Origin: Longimicrobiales bacterium
GTDB lineage: Bacteria > Gemmatimonadota > Gemmatimonadetes > Longimicrobiales > Gaopeijiaceae
Direction of reading: 5' to 3'
DNA length: 64,000 bases
Assembly: GCA_965249725.1 (NCBI GenBank)
Contig: OZ252251.1
Span: 384,001-448,000 of the forward strand
Made by a program: the position numbers and the translations under genes. Under the pieces are notes generated by a model. It saw nothing but the letters and a program-made list of their open reading frames with translations. It was not told where the DNA came from and ran no database searches. The stretch's first letter is position 1. The number at the start of each line of letters is the position of its first letter. Positions 27,066 to 36,814 of the stretch are shown piece by piece.

Positions 27066-28139
27066 ATGTGGAAACCCGTCATTCCGGTACTCGTCGCAGC
27101 CGTTGCCTCCGCTGCCCTCGTACCCGGTTCCGTCATCGCCGCTCAGGTCCAGACCGCCTCGGCGGACGCTACCGAAGGGCCTTCACCCGTCCCCCCGCTT
27201 TTTGCGTCCCATGAAGTGGTTGAGTTCACGCTCACGGCGGACTTCGACAAACTCAAGGGAGACCGCAAAGAGGAGAGCGAGTATCGGCCCGGCGTCGTCA
27301 GCGTAGCCGGGGACGATGGCTCCCAGAAGGAGATCGAGGTCAAGGTGAGGACGAGGGGGAAGTTCAGGCTCAAGACCTGCCGGTTCCCCCCCCTGCGGCT
27401 GAACCTCCCCAAGAATTCACTGGGTGGGACCGTGTTCGAGGGACAGAACAAGATCAAGCTCGTGACGCACTGTCGGGATGGTGAAGGCGACGAGCAGAAC
27501 CTACTCGAGGAGTACCTGGTCTACCGGACCTACAACGTCATTACGGACTACAGCTTTCGGGTGCGCCTGGCGCGCATCACCTACGTGGACAGTAGCGGCG
27601 AGGACGATACGCTGACACGGTTTGCGTTCCTCATCGAGGAAGAGGACGCCATGCCCGAGCGTCTGGGCGGTATGATCCTCCACGTGAAGCAGGTCCACCC
27701 CAAGCACCTCTCGGCCCGAGAGTCGGCGCGCATGGCCTTGTTCCAGTACATGGTGGGCAATACCGATTGGTCCATGATCTACTTCCACAACGTCGTGCTT
27801 CTCAGAACCGCGGAGAGCGTCCACGTTACCATACCGTACGACTTCGATTGGGCGGGATTCGTGGCCCCCTCCTACGCCAAGCCGGATGCCAGTCTCAACA
27901 TCCGCTCGGTGCGTGACAGGATCTATCGCGGGTTCTGCAGATCGGACGTGGATTATACGGACATCTATTCGGAGTTCGAGGGGCTCCGGCCCGATTTCGA
28001 GGCACTCTATGCCGGCCTGGAGGGGTTCCAGGAGGACAAGCTCGAAGACGCCCTGAGCTACACGAGAGGCTTTTACGAGGTCATCGGGTCCGAGAACCGT
28101 GCGCGCCGTCGCATTGTCGACGCCTGTCGCAAGACCTGA
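27066..28139 (+). CDS. Secreted CotH-like atypical kinase-fold protein
   Basis: Signal peptide, then KVRTRGKFR, KIKLVTHC, EYLVYRTY, FLIEE, YMVGNTDW, HNV, IPYDFD. Confidence 0.6.
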   Translation: MWKPVIPVLVAAVASAALVPGSVIAAQVQTASADATEGPSPVPPLFASHEVVEFTLTADFDKLKGDRKEESEYRPGVVSVAGDDGSQKEIEVKVRTRGKFRLKTCRFPPLRLNLPKNSLGGTVFEGQNKIKLVTHCRDGEGDEQNLLEEYLVYRTYNVITDYSFRVRLARITYVDSSGEDDTLTRFAFLIEEEDAMPERLGGMILHVKQVHPKHLSARESARMALFQYMVGNTDWSMIYFHNVVLLRTAESVHVTIPYDFDWAGFVAPSYAKPDASLNIRSVRDRIYRGFCRSDVDYTDIYSEFEGLRPDFEALYAGLEGFQEDKLEDALSYTRGFYEVIGSENRARRRIVDACRKT

Positions 28140-28179
28140 CCGGCAACGCACCTCCCCCGCGGCCGGGCTGCCTTCCGCT

Positions 28180-28584
28180 CTAGTGCTTCTTGCGGCCGGC
28201 GTTCGGGTGATCCAGGTGCTTCCAGGTGTCGCCGCGTCGAACGGCCAGGATCGTGCTCGGGGATACCTTCAGCAGCTTGGCCCAGTGGCCCGCCGCATGA
28301 CGCCAGTATCCCTTCTCGTCGTCCCAATCGTCGAGCACCTGCATCACGTCCTGCTTCGTGAGGAGGGCATGGGGAGACCTCTCACCCTGCAGCCACGGAT
28401 TATCGGGCCAGCGACGGCGACGTTGGAGCGGCCCGGGGGCCTTTGCGCCGGAGTGCCCGAGACAATAGTGCCGGATCTGACTGGCAGTGTACTCGGGGTG
28501 AGACTTGGCGATATCGGTATAGAAACGGCCTTCCTGCGCCAGGTCTCTCCACTTCACGATCAACGGTAGGGGGGGTTTTGACAT
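28180..28584 (-). CDS. Small basic helix-turn-helix DNA-binding protein
   Basis: GERSPHALLTKQDV...WAKLLKVSPSTILAVRRGDTWKHL resembles the C-terminal HTH modules of phage HNH endonucleases. Confidence 0.6.
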   Translation of the reverse strand: MSKPPLPLIVKWRDLAQEGRFYTDIAKSHPEYTASQIRHYCLGHSGAKAPGPLQRRRRWPDNPWLQGERSPHALLTKQDVMQVLDDWDDEKGYWRHAAGHWAKLLKVSPSTILAVRRGDTWKHLDHPNAGRKKH

Positions 28585-28782
28585 GTCGGTGCATCCGAGA
28601 TTGAACGGCTATGAAAGCAAAGGCCCCTAACGTGCTAGGGCCCATCCGTAGACTCCGTAGTTGCCGGCGGTTCGTGCCGACACCTTAAGATACGGTCGGG
28701 CCTCGATCAGGTACACCCATCGACGAGGCCCTCGGGCCGGCTGTTACATCCTTGGCACACAGAGACGTCCGGAACGGCTCCG

Positions 28783-29295
28783 TCAGGCCGAGCCGAGCCC
28801 ACCGCGGTCGCGTATGAGGGGTACCATTCCGCCCGCCTCGAGGAGGTCCTGTGCGGTGTCGGAGAGCCTCCCGGTTCGAACCGTCGAGCCTCGGGTCAGG
28901 TTCGTTACCTGGACATTCTCTCCAGACAACACTACGGCGATTCGGTCGAGATCCTCGATGTCTGACACCTCGCACTCCAGCGGAATGAGCCCGTTGTTCA
29001 GTGCGTTCCTGTAGTAGGTGCGAGAGAAGCCGGCAGCCAGCACGACTCGGATTCCCGCGGCAAGGAGGGTCGTGACTGCGACTTCCATGGCGGACCCGCA
29101 CCCGAAGTTGGCTCCAGCGACCAGAACGTCCCCCTCTTCCACGGCGTTGGCGAATCCGGGCCTGGAGGTCTCGAAGAGGAACGCCTTCAGGCGGTGGGGG
29201 TCGAGCGTCTCCTTCTTGCGAGACGATGAGATGATGTGGTCGGTGTTGATGTCATCGCCAAGGCGGTGGGCGCGGCCCTCGGTGCGGAACTCCAT
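28783..29295 (-). CDS. LeuD/HacB-family hydro-lyase small subunit
   Basis: GDDINTDHII, AGANFGCGSAME, FSRTYYRNALNNG. Its ATG overlaps the large-subunit stop. Confidence 0.92.
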   Translation of the reverse strand: MEFRTEGRAHRLGDDINTDHIISSSRKKETLDPHRLKAFLFETSRPGFANAVEEGDVLVAGANFGCGSAMEVAVTTLLAAGIRVVLAAGFSRTYYRNALNNGLIPLECEVSDIEDLDRIAVVLSGENVQVTNLTRGSTVRTGRLSDTAQDLLEAGGMVPLIRDRGGLGSA

Positions 29296-30560
29296 CACTG
29301 CCCGATCAAACCGCGGGGATCGGTGATCCGTCCCAGGGTCGCGCTGGCGGCACACGTTTCCGGAGAAGCGAGGTAGATCGACGCCGTGGCTGCACCCATG
29401 CGGCCCTGATAGTTGCGGTTCGCGGTGGAAATGACGCGCGCTCCCGGTGTGGGGATGGGCTCCGAGCTGCCACAGCAGGGACCGCACCCCGACATGGTGA
29501 CCACGGCGCCCATATCGCGTAGCGCGTCCAGGGTGCCATCGTCGCGCAGTTGGTCGTGGACCTCCCGGGAGGCCGGCGTGACCACGACGCGAACCCCCTG
29601 TGCCGGCCCGCCCCCGGCGCGGAGGACGGCCAGGGCGCGATGAAAATCTCCCACTCTGCCTCCGCTGCAGGTCCCCAGGAATACCATGTCGATCGGCTCC
29701 CCCAAGGTCTCGTCGATTCCCACCACATTCGTGGGATCGTGAGGCAGGGCGACCAGAGGCGACAGACCCGCGACGTCGATCTCGATCTCACGGACGAAAC
29801 GGGCATCGGGATCGGACTCGACCGCGTGCCAATCGTCGGAGCAGCGCTGGCTCAGGTAGTCGCTGGTCGTCTCGTCGGCTCGGAAGATCCCCGCCTTGGC
29901 ACCCATCTCCACGACCAGGTTGCTCACCACGAATCGTTCGTCCATGTCCATCTCGGCCACGCCGCTGCCGTCGAACTCGATAGCCATGTATCCGGCCCCA
30001 TCGCCTGCCGTTTCGCGGAGCACATCCAAGGCGATGTCCTTGGCCGTCACCCCGGGCTGGAGCTCTCCTTCGAGGCGGATCCGCATCGATTCGGGCACAC
30101 GGAGCCACACCTGCCCGCACGCGAAGGCCCCGGCCAGGTCTGAGGATCCGATCCCGGTGGCGAACGCGTTGAGGGCGCCCAGCGTGACGGTATGGCTGTC
30201 GGCCCCCGCCACCAGATCTCCCGGCCGCACCCAACCCAGCTCGGCGGCCAACTGATGGCTGATCCCGTCTCCCACTCCGCAGACCTGCACCCCGTGGGTC
30301 CCGGCGAAGCTCCGGACCCGCTCATGAAACCCGGCCGTCGCGTCGGAAGAGGGAGGGGAGTAGTGATCGAGCGCGATCAGCACCCGCTCGGGGCGCAGGA
30401 CCGCCTCGCTTTCCATCTCCTCGAAGTAGTCCACCGCCATCGGAGTCGCAGCGTCCGTTCCGAGGAGGCGGTCGGGCTCACAGATGACGACATCGCCGGC
30501 GGAGACCGAGTCGCCCGACTTCACCGAGAGGATCTTCTCGCTGATGGTCTTGCCGGTCAC
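29295..30560 (-). CDS. LeuC/HacA-family [4Fe-4S] hydro-lyase large subunit (aconitase superfamily)
   Basis: GKTISEKIL, DH, GISHQ, GADSHT, GTCSGGR, GCGPC, STANRNYQGRMG, YLASP. Confidence 0.93.
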   Translation of the reverse strand: MTGKTISEKILSVKSGDSVSAGDVVICEPDRLLGTDAATPMAVDYFEEMESEAVLRPERVLIALDHYSPPSSDATAGFHERVRSFAGTHGVQVCGVGDGISHQLAAELGWVRPGDLVAGADSHTVTLGALNAFATGIGSSDLAGAFACGQVWLRVPESMRIRLEGELQPGVTAKDIALDVLRETAGDGAGYMAIEFDGSGVAEMDMDERFVVSNLVVEMGAKAGIFRADETTSDYLSQRCSDDWHAVESDPDARFVREIEIDVAGLSPLVALPHDPTNVVGIDETLGEPIDMVFLGTCSGGRVGDFHRALAVLRAGGGPAQGVRVVVTPASREVHDQLRDDGTLDALRDMGAVVTMSGCGPCCGSSEPIPTPGARVISTANRNYQGRMGAATASIYLASPETCAASATLGRITDPRGLIGQ

Positions 30561-31660
30561 GGGCCCAGCTCCTCGAGCACCTCCGTCAACGCGGTAAGGG
30601 TCCGCTCGACATCGCCGGGCCGGATGTCACCCATATGGCCGATGCGAATGCTACGGCCCTCGAACGGTCCGAGACCCACGGCGACCAGAATGCCCTTCTC
30701 TCGCATTCCGCTCCGGATCGCATCCGCGGTCAACTCCTCCGGTACATCGATTGCCGTCAGCGTGGGTGAGTGATGCGGAAGGGCGGGGCATTGCAGCTCG
30801 AGCCCCAGGCTCGCCACATGGTCCGTCGTCGTACGACCCATCGCCTCGTGGCGGTCGAATACCTGTTGCAGTCCCTCCTCGTGAATCATCGCGAGAGCCT
30901 CTCGGAGCTGGAGGACCAGGTGCACCGGCGTCGTACCCGGGGTCTCGGGACGGGTGCCCGCCAGGGTTTCCCGTATGGCTCCGAAGTTCCAGTAGTTCGC
31001 GGGTAGGCTCGCCGACTCGGTGGCCTTCCAGGCCCGAGGTCCCATGACGGCGAACGCCAATCCCGGACTCGACATCAAGCATTTCTGACTTCCGGTGACC
31101 GCCACGTCGACGCCCCAGTCGTCGAAGCGGAAAGGAACACCTCCCACTCCACTGATGGAGTCGACCAGTGTGAGCGCGCCCCTGGACCGGGCGAGAGCCG
31201 CCACCGCTTCGACGTCGTTGAGCACGCCGGTCGAGGTGTCGGAGTGCACCACCAACAGGGCCTTCGTCCCCGGGAAGTCGACGAAGGCCTGTTCGATCTC
31301 CGCATGGTCCAGTCCCTGGCTCCAGTCCTTCGAGACACGGTGGACCGTGAGCCCGTAGGACTCGGCGAAGCCCGACCACATGTTGCCGAACTTGCCGTTA
31401 CAGCAGGCGATCAGCTCCTCGCCCCGCGAGAACAGGTTGCAGATGGCTGCTTCCATCGCTCCCCTGCCCGTGGTGTGGACGGGGAGCACGTCTCCCGTCG
31501 TCCCGAACAGGGGCCTCATCATCTCGACGACCGCGCCCAACTGCTCGGAGAACTCGGCTGTGCGGTGGTGCATGACGGGCTGCCCACCGGCCTTCAAGAC
31601 CCGGTCCGGAACGCGACTGGGCCCCGGGGTCATGAGAAGCAGAGGTGCGGTGGGGGTCAC
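30557..31660 (-). CDS. Class V PLP aminotransferase (alanine-glyoxylate/serine-pyruvate family)
   Basis: LMTPGP, HSDTSTGV, VDSIS, GSQKCLMSSPG (PLP Lys), RIGHMG. Confidence 0.92.
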   Translation of the reverse strand: MTPTAPLLLMTPGPSRVPDRVLKAGGQPVMHHRTAEFSEQLGAVVEMMRPLFGTTGDVLPVHTTGRGAMEAAICNLFSRGEELIACCNGKFGNMWSGFAESYGLTVHRVSKDWSQGLDHAEIEQAFVDFPGTKALLVVHSDTSTGVLNDVEAVAALARSRGALTLVDSISGVGGVPFRFDDWGVDVAVTGSQKCLMSSPGLAFAVMGPRAWKATESASLPANYWNFGAIRETLAGTRPETPGTTPVHLVLQLREALAMIHEEGLQQVFDRHEAMGRTTTDHVASLGLELQCPALPHHSPTLTAIDVPEELTADAIRSGMREKGILVAVGLGPFEGRSIRIGHMGDIRPGDVERTLTALTEVLEELGP

Positions 31661-32337
31661 TCAATGACTCCCTTTTCGCGGAGGCTCTCGTCGATTTGGG
31701 CCTTGAAGACTTCGCCTCCGGCGATGGCCTCGATGCGCGCGGCCTCGCGGGCCTGCAGTGCTTCTACGAGGTCCGCCACCTCCTCCGCCGCCTCGCGCGG
31801 CACCACGACCACACCGTCCTCATCGCCGATGACGATGTCCCCCGGCATCACGACCGTACCCCCGCAGGCAACCGGGACGTTGATCTCCCCTGGGCCATCC
31901 TTGTCACATCCGCCCGGGTTCACCGATCGGCTGAAGACGGGGAAGGACAGATCGGTGATCTCGGCAACGTCGCGCACCGCCCCGTCCACCACGATGCCGC
32001 CCAAACCGGCGGCCACGGCGGAGTTGCACATGAGCTCGCCGATGACGGCGCTCGTCGTGTTGCCGTTGGTCGTCACCACGACGACGTCGCCCGGCTCGGC
32101 GACCTCCAGGGCTTTGTGCACCATCAGGTTGTCCCCCGGTCGACAGCTCGCGGTCACCGCCACTCCGCACGCGGATACGCCGGACCGGCTGACGATGCCC
32201 GGGTCCATGAAGTGGAATCGCCCCATGGCGTCGGCGGCGTTCGAGCTGGGCACCCCTCTGAAGCGATCCACCAGATCCGGGGTCGCTCGGGGGAGGTCCG
32301 TAATGATGCGGAAGCCAATACGTCCGGTCTGCTTCAT
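31657..32337 (-). CDS. RraA-family protein / HMG-CHA aldolase
   Basis: ADAMGR, GDNLMVHKAL, AVIGELM, VVDGAVRD, PGDIVIGDEDGVVVVP. Start at MKQTG. Confidence 0.9.
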   Translation of the reverse strand: MKQTGRIGFRIITDLPRATPDLVDRFRGVPSSNAADAMGRFHFMDPGIVSRSGVSACGVAVTASCRPGDNLMVHKALEVAEPGDVVVVTTNGNTTSAVIGELMCNSAVAAGLGGIVVDGAVRDVAEITDLSFPVFSRSVNPGGCDKDGPGEINVPVACGGTVVMPGDIVIGDEDGVVVVPREAAEEVADLVEALQAREAARIEAIAGGEVFKAQIDESLREKGVIE

Positions 32338-32512
32338 CCACTCGCTCGCTTGATCACGGTTCTGGTACCCGTCGGTTATGCCGTGCGTCTGATCCCGGCG
32401 GGGTTGGACCAGGAGCCGCGGCGCGGGCCCTGAGGCTACGATGGAGCGGCGTACGAACCGGGGCAACTAAGGGGACGCGAGAAGCCGCCCCATGTGTTTC
32501 GCGAACCGCCTG

Positions 32513-33838
32513 CTAGGTCCGGGCCAAGCTGTAACCCGACGCCCGCAGCACCTCCAGCGAACTCCGCATCAGGTAGACCACGCCGGCCAGGCGACCTCCC
32601 AGGAATCCGATGAACGCCGCCGTGACACCTACAAGATCCAGGCCCCATCCAAAGGTCACGAAGAGGATGGCGATAGCCCCGACTTCGAGGGCCGTGGCCA
32701 TCGTGATGGGATGGGTTCTTCGTCCCTGCATGAGCACCGCCCGCTGTAGCGACAGCACGACCGACAAGGCCGGAAGCGGCACCAGCCACCGGGCCGGCGT
32801 CACTGAGAAGCTGATCAACTCGGGGGTCAGTCCCTGAACCGTCCCGAACCACACTGAGGCCAAGGGCGTGAACGTCACCAGACCGAGCGCGGCCGAGCTC
32901 ACGGCTCCGAGCCAGAGCGCGAACTTGGCCAACTCGGGGAAGTGCTCATGCCGTCCTCCCATGAGGGCGAGTGCGGCCTCCTGGAAGCTCAATCCCAATG
33001 ACCTGAACAGGAATGAGAGGGCGTGGACCACCGGAAACACGGCGAGCGACTCGATCGGTGAGAGGGCGCGACCCATGAAGAACGTGAGGAGCGGCTGCAC
33101 GGTGAGGCCGATCAGAGAGGTCAGTGCCAACGGGTAGTAGAACCGAGCGATCCCCCGGTACCCGAGCGGCTCGCCGGAGTCGGGGCTTCGAGTGTGGGTC
33201 GCGAGAAGTTGGCGGATGGTGGTGATGGCCATGATGCGCGAGGCGATGGCCTCCATGCTGACGCCCACCGTCAGCGCGGCGGCCCCGACCCACGCCCCCG
33301 GCAGCGAGAACCCCCAATACAGGATGAGGGCGGTGGCGGCCATCGTCGTGAGCCGCACCACGGTTCCCAGGGCCACCAGGCGGGTGCGGCCTGATCGGAT
33401 GAGGAGGCCGTGCAAGAACCGTCGGTATCCAATGGCTCCGGACCACGGCAAGAAGATCCAGAGGGCTCCGTAGGTCAGGTCTGCCACCTCCGGCGGCAGG
33501 CCGATAACCCCGTCCATCAGCCAGTCGTACACAGGTGGGATCAGCACGAACAGCAGCAGGCCCGTCGACAGGGCGCACAACGCGTATGTGAAGTGCCTGA
33601 GCTTGCGGTACGTCGCCGAGTCCTCTGCCAAGGCCGTCGACGCGCTCATGAGCATGATGACCGGCGACTCGACGAGGATCGCGAAGGCGAAGGCCACACC
33701 GTAGGCAGCCAAGTTGAACTTCGGGTCGGCCAAGCGTGCGATGACCGCGGCGACGAACGGACCCTCCGACGCCATCATCACCCACGTGGCAGCGAGTGGT
33801 GTCCAGAAGAGGAGGATGGAGGAGGCGGAACGTCTCAA
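32513..33838 (-). CDS. MATE/MOP-superfamily transporter, ANKH-like
   Basis: About 12 TM segments in two repeats (FWTPLAATW.. and FYYPLALTS..), with NLAAYGVAF. Confidence 0.72.
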   Translation of the reverse strand: MRRSASSILLFWTPLAATWVMMASEGPFVAAVIARLADPKFNLAAYGVAFAFAILVESPVIMLMSASTALAEDSATYRKLRHFTYALCALSTGLLLFVLIPPVYDWLMDGVIGLPPEVADLTYGALWIFLPWSGAIGYRRFLHGLLIRSGRTRLVALGTVVRLTTMAATALILYWGFSLPGAWVGAAALTVGVSMEAIASRIMAITTIRQLLATHTRSPDSGEPLGYRGIARFYYPLALTSLIGLTVQPLLTFFMGRALSPIESLAVFPVVHALSFLFRSLGLSFQEAALALMGGRHEHFPELAKFALWLGAVSSAALGLVTFTPLASVWFGTVQGLTPELISFSVTPARWLVPLPALSVVLSLQRAVLMQGRRTHPITMATALEVGAIAILFVTFGWGLDLVGVTAAFIGFLGGRLAGVVYLMRSSLEVLRASGYSLART

Positions 33839-35019
33839 GAATCGGCCGTCACAGTGCCTTCAGCGACTTCGTCGAGCACCCGGAGGAAGTTCGTACCGAG
33901 GATCTTCTCGATGTCCGCTGCCGCGTGACCTCGGTCCAGCAGCCCTCGGGTGATCCTAGGAAAGTGGGTTACGTCGTCGAAGCCTTCCGGAGTGGACAAG
34001 TATGGCACGTCCAGGTCTGAGCCCAGCCCGACGTGGTCGATCCCCGCCACGTCGACCATCCGGTCGATCTGGTCCAACAGACTCTCGAAGGGAGGACGCG
34101 GCACGTCGCGTACGGCGTGGCCGTAGAGACGCTCGCGTGCCATACGATCCAGGTCTTCGGCCGGCACCTCGACGGGCTTGTTCATGGCAGCCAGCCCGTC
34201 CTCGTGTGTGTCTCGATACGCGTCGAGGTAGGTCTGGTCCACGAAGGCGGAATAGAAGTTGATGCCGATGACGCCACCCCGCTCCGCGATGCTCTTGATG
34301 AGATCGTCGGAGAGATTGCGGGCGTGGTCGCACAGCTCACGGCAGTTCGAATGGCTGGCGATCACGGGTCGTTCCGACGCGTCGAGCACGTCTCGCACCG
34401 CTTGATCGGACGTGTGGGACACGTCAACGGCCATGCCCAGACGATTCATCTCCGCGATCACGTCTCGGCCGAAGTCGTTCAGCCCGTTCCAGCGAGGCTC
34501 GTCGGTCGAGGAGTCGACCCAGTCGGTCGTCCGAGAATGGCAGAGAGTCATGGAGCAGGCCCCGAGCCGGTGATAGGCCCGAAGAATGCCTGTATCGTTC
34601 TGAATGGCGTCGCCCCCCTCGATGGAGAGGAGCATGGCGAACCGCCCTGCCGCCGCGAGTTCTCGGACGTCCTGGCCGGTGCGGGCCAACCCGACCCGGT
34701 CAGGATGCTTCTCGAGCACACGGTGGAAGGCGTCGATCTGCTGGAGCGCGCGCCGCGCCGCGTGGTGCGGCAAGTAGATCGTGTCCACCCAGACGGCGAA
34801 GATCTGGGCGTCGACCCCCCCCTCGGCGTAACGGGGCAGATCGGCCCGCTCCGCCATGGTCTCGTCAGAGGAGCGGACGGAGAGATCGACGCCGTCCATC
34901 ACGGGACGCTGTAGCGTGTCCGTGTGGGCGTCCAAGACCAGTGCGCTGGCGTGCAGTTCGTCGCCGACGCTCAACCGCTGGGGATTCAACCGCTGGGGCT
35001 TCAACCGCTGGGGATTCAA
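33835..35019 (-). CDS. Membrane dipeptidase family M19
   Basis: DAHTD, LSIEGG, TLCHS, GLNDFGRDVIAEMNRLGMAVDVSH, ASHSN, DHVGLGSD. Confidence 0.93.
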   Translation of the reverse strand: MNPQRLKPQRLNPQRLSVGDELHASALVLDAHTDTLQRPVMDGVDLSVRSSDETMAERADLPRYAEGGVDAQIFAVWVDTIYLPHHAARRALQQIDAFHRVLEKHPDRVGLARTGQDVRELAAAGRFAMLLSIEGGDAIQNDTGILRAYHRLGACSMTLCHSRTTDWVDSSTDEPRWNGLNDFGRDVIAEMNRLGMAVDVSHTSDQAVRDVLDASERPVIASHSNCRELCDHARNLSDDLIKSIAERGGVIGINFYSAFVDQTYLDAYRDTHEDGLAAMNKPVEVPAEDLDRMARERLYGHAVRDVPRPPFESLLDQIDRMVDVAGIDHVGLGSDLDVPYLSTPEGFDDVTHFPRITRGLLDRGHAAADIEKILGTNFLRVLDEVAEGTVTADS

Positions 35020-35020
35020 C
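34971..35020. repeat. 15-bp x3.3 tandem repeat TCAACCGCTGGGG(A/C)T
   Basis: Encodes NPQRL-KPQRL-NPQRL at the dipeptidase N-terminus. Confidence 0.93.
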
Positions 35021-35179
35021 GAGTCTCCTGCTAGCTGGTGTGAAATCCGTCAGAGACCCGCATCTTCCTGAAGGATGGCTGGTCCGGCAAGGTGCGAGAT
35101 GTGCGACGATTCGCGATCGTACCGAAGGTAGCCTGATGTGCACGACCCGAGGGGGTCATGAACGGGGGAGCGAAGAGCA

Positions 35180-36697
35180 GTGCCACGATTTTTCGGCCGC
35201 AGAGCTGCGGTATTCGGCAGCAGAGCTGCCGTGGCCGCGCCTCTTTTGGTGTTCGGGTGCTTGGGTTCGAACGACGGGACGGGACCCGCCCCCGATCCGG
35301 GACCCGGGCCGGACGTGCCTCTCCAGATCCAGTCGCTCATCCCCGCCGCCAACGCGATCTCGGCCGGCGCCTCCGATGCTCTGATGGTGGGGTTCGACCG
35401 ACCCATCGACGTGGGGACCGTATCGGCGGCAGACATCAGGGTGTTCGGTAGGTGGTCCGGAGTCCTGACGGGGTCTGTGACGCTGGTCGACGGAGGCCGG
35501 ACGCTTCGTTTCGCTCCCGATCGATCTCTGTCTGCGGGGGAGTGGGTGACGGCGACGATTCCCTCGGGGGCCGTTAGAGGTACCGACGGCGGCGAAATGA
35601 ATGACGGCTTCACCTGGACGTTCTGGGTCGCCGTCACCCCCTCGTCCATGTCCTTCGAGGAAGAGATGGCCGTCGACGTGCGAAACCCCGGAGAAGGCCG
35701 CATCGAGACGTACGGTGCCTATGCGGGGGATCTCGACGGGGACGGATGGTCCGACATGATCGTGCCCAACGAGGGATCCGACGATCTGCGGGTCTTCATG
35801 AACGACGGAGCCGGCGGGTACGGCCCCTTTACCGTGATCCCGATTCCTGAGGGAGACGGGCCGAGCCCGAACGAAGGTGCCGATTTCGACGGCGACGGAG
35901 ACATCGACTTTACCGTGGGAAGTGCCGACGGCAACTACGTGGCGGTCTTCCACGGAGATGGAGCCGGCGGTCTCACGCACAGACAGAACCTGGAGGCCGG
36001 CGCACAGGTCCGAGGGCTCTGCCTGCTCGACTTCGAGAACGACGGCGATCCCGACATTGTCGCCGCTACGCGAGAGGGGAACCATGTGGCTCTCTTCCAG
36101 AACGACAGCGGAGTCTTCAGTCCGGCGGGCACCCTCGAAGCGGGAGACGGAGAGTGGGCCTGCGCCGTGGGAGATCTGGACGAGGACGGCTTCGTGGACC
36201 TCGTCATCGGCGCCCGGCTCGGTGGCGAGCTGAGCACCCTGCTGTCGAACGGTGACGGGACGTTCACCCTGACCGCCGAGGTATCGGCGGGAGGCGATCC
36301 CTGGATGCTCGCGAGTGGCGACCTCAACGGAGACGGCCATGTGGACTTCGCCGGAGTGAACGCCGTTGAGGGTACTCTGGCGGTGTACCTCGGGGACGGG
36401 CAGGGTGGCCTGCACCTGGACCAGAACCACGTGTTGGGCGACTTCCCATTGGCCATCGACCTTGGGGACCTGGACGGAGACGGAGACCTGGATGCCGTTT
36501 CGTCGCATTTCCAGTCGGGGACCTACGAGGTCCTCGAAAACATCGGCGACGGCACGTTGGTGCGGTTCCCGGTCTCCCTCACGGCGCCCGGCGCGGCGTC
36601 GTGCACCATTCTCCATGATCGCGACAACGATGGAGACCTGGACATCAGCGGGATCGACGAACTGGACGATCTCCTGATCCTCTTCGAGAACCGGTGA
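35180..36697 (+). CDS. Lipoprotein with an Ig-like (Big_5) domain and FG-GAP/VCBS repeats
   Basis: Lipobox-like VFGC, an Ig-like FDRPID..LRFAPDRSL segment, and about seven GDLDGDG-type Ca-binding repeats. Confidence 0.85.
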   Translation: MPRFFGRRAAVFGSRAAVAAPLLVFGCLGSNDGTGPAPDPGPGPDVPLQIQSLIPAANAISAGASDALMVGFDRPIDVGTVSAADIRVFGRWSGVLTGSVTLVDGGRTLRFAPDRSLSAGEWVTATIPSGAVRGTDGGEMNDGFTWTFWVAVTPSSMSFEEEMAVDVRNPGEGRIETYGAYAGDLDGDGWSDMIVPNEGSDDLRVFMNDGAGGYGPFTVIPIPEGDGPSPNEGADFDGDGDIDFTVGSADGNYVAVFHGDGAGGLTHRQNLEAGAQVRGLCLLDFENDGDPDIVAATREGNHVALFQNDSGVFSPAGTLEAGDGEWACAVGDLDEDGFVDLVIGARLGGELSTLLSNGDGTFTLTAEVSAGGDPWMLASGDLNGDGHVDFAGVNAVEGTLAVYLGDGQGGLHLDQNHVLGDFPLAIDLGDLDGDGDLDAVSSHFQSGTYEVLENIGDGTLVRFPVSLTAPGAASCTILHDRDNDGDLDISGIDELDDLLILFENR

Positions 36698-36814
36698 GGG
36701 GCGGCTGAAACCGCCGTGTCCGTGGGGCTCAACCCGTGTATGTTGTCGCAGACGCCCGGACACCATGTGTCCCGGCACACTTCGGACCCCCGGTCACGAG
36801 GAGGATAGCTCGCC

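Noticed and set aside
28783..30560. Assignment as leucine-biosynthetic leuC/leuD
   Set aside because: The short HacA/HacB-like lengths, absence of leuA/leuB and atypical neighbours leave the substrate open, so I withheld the symbols.
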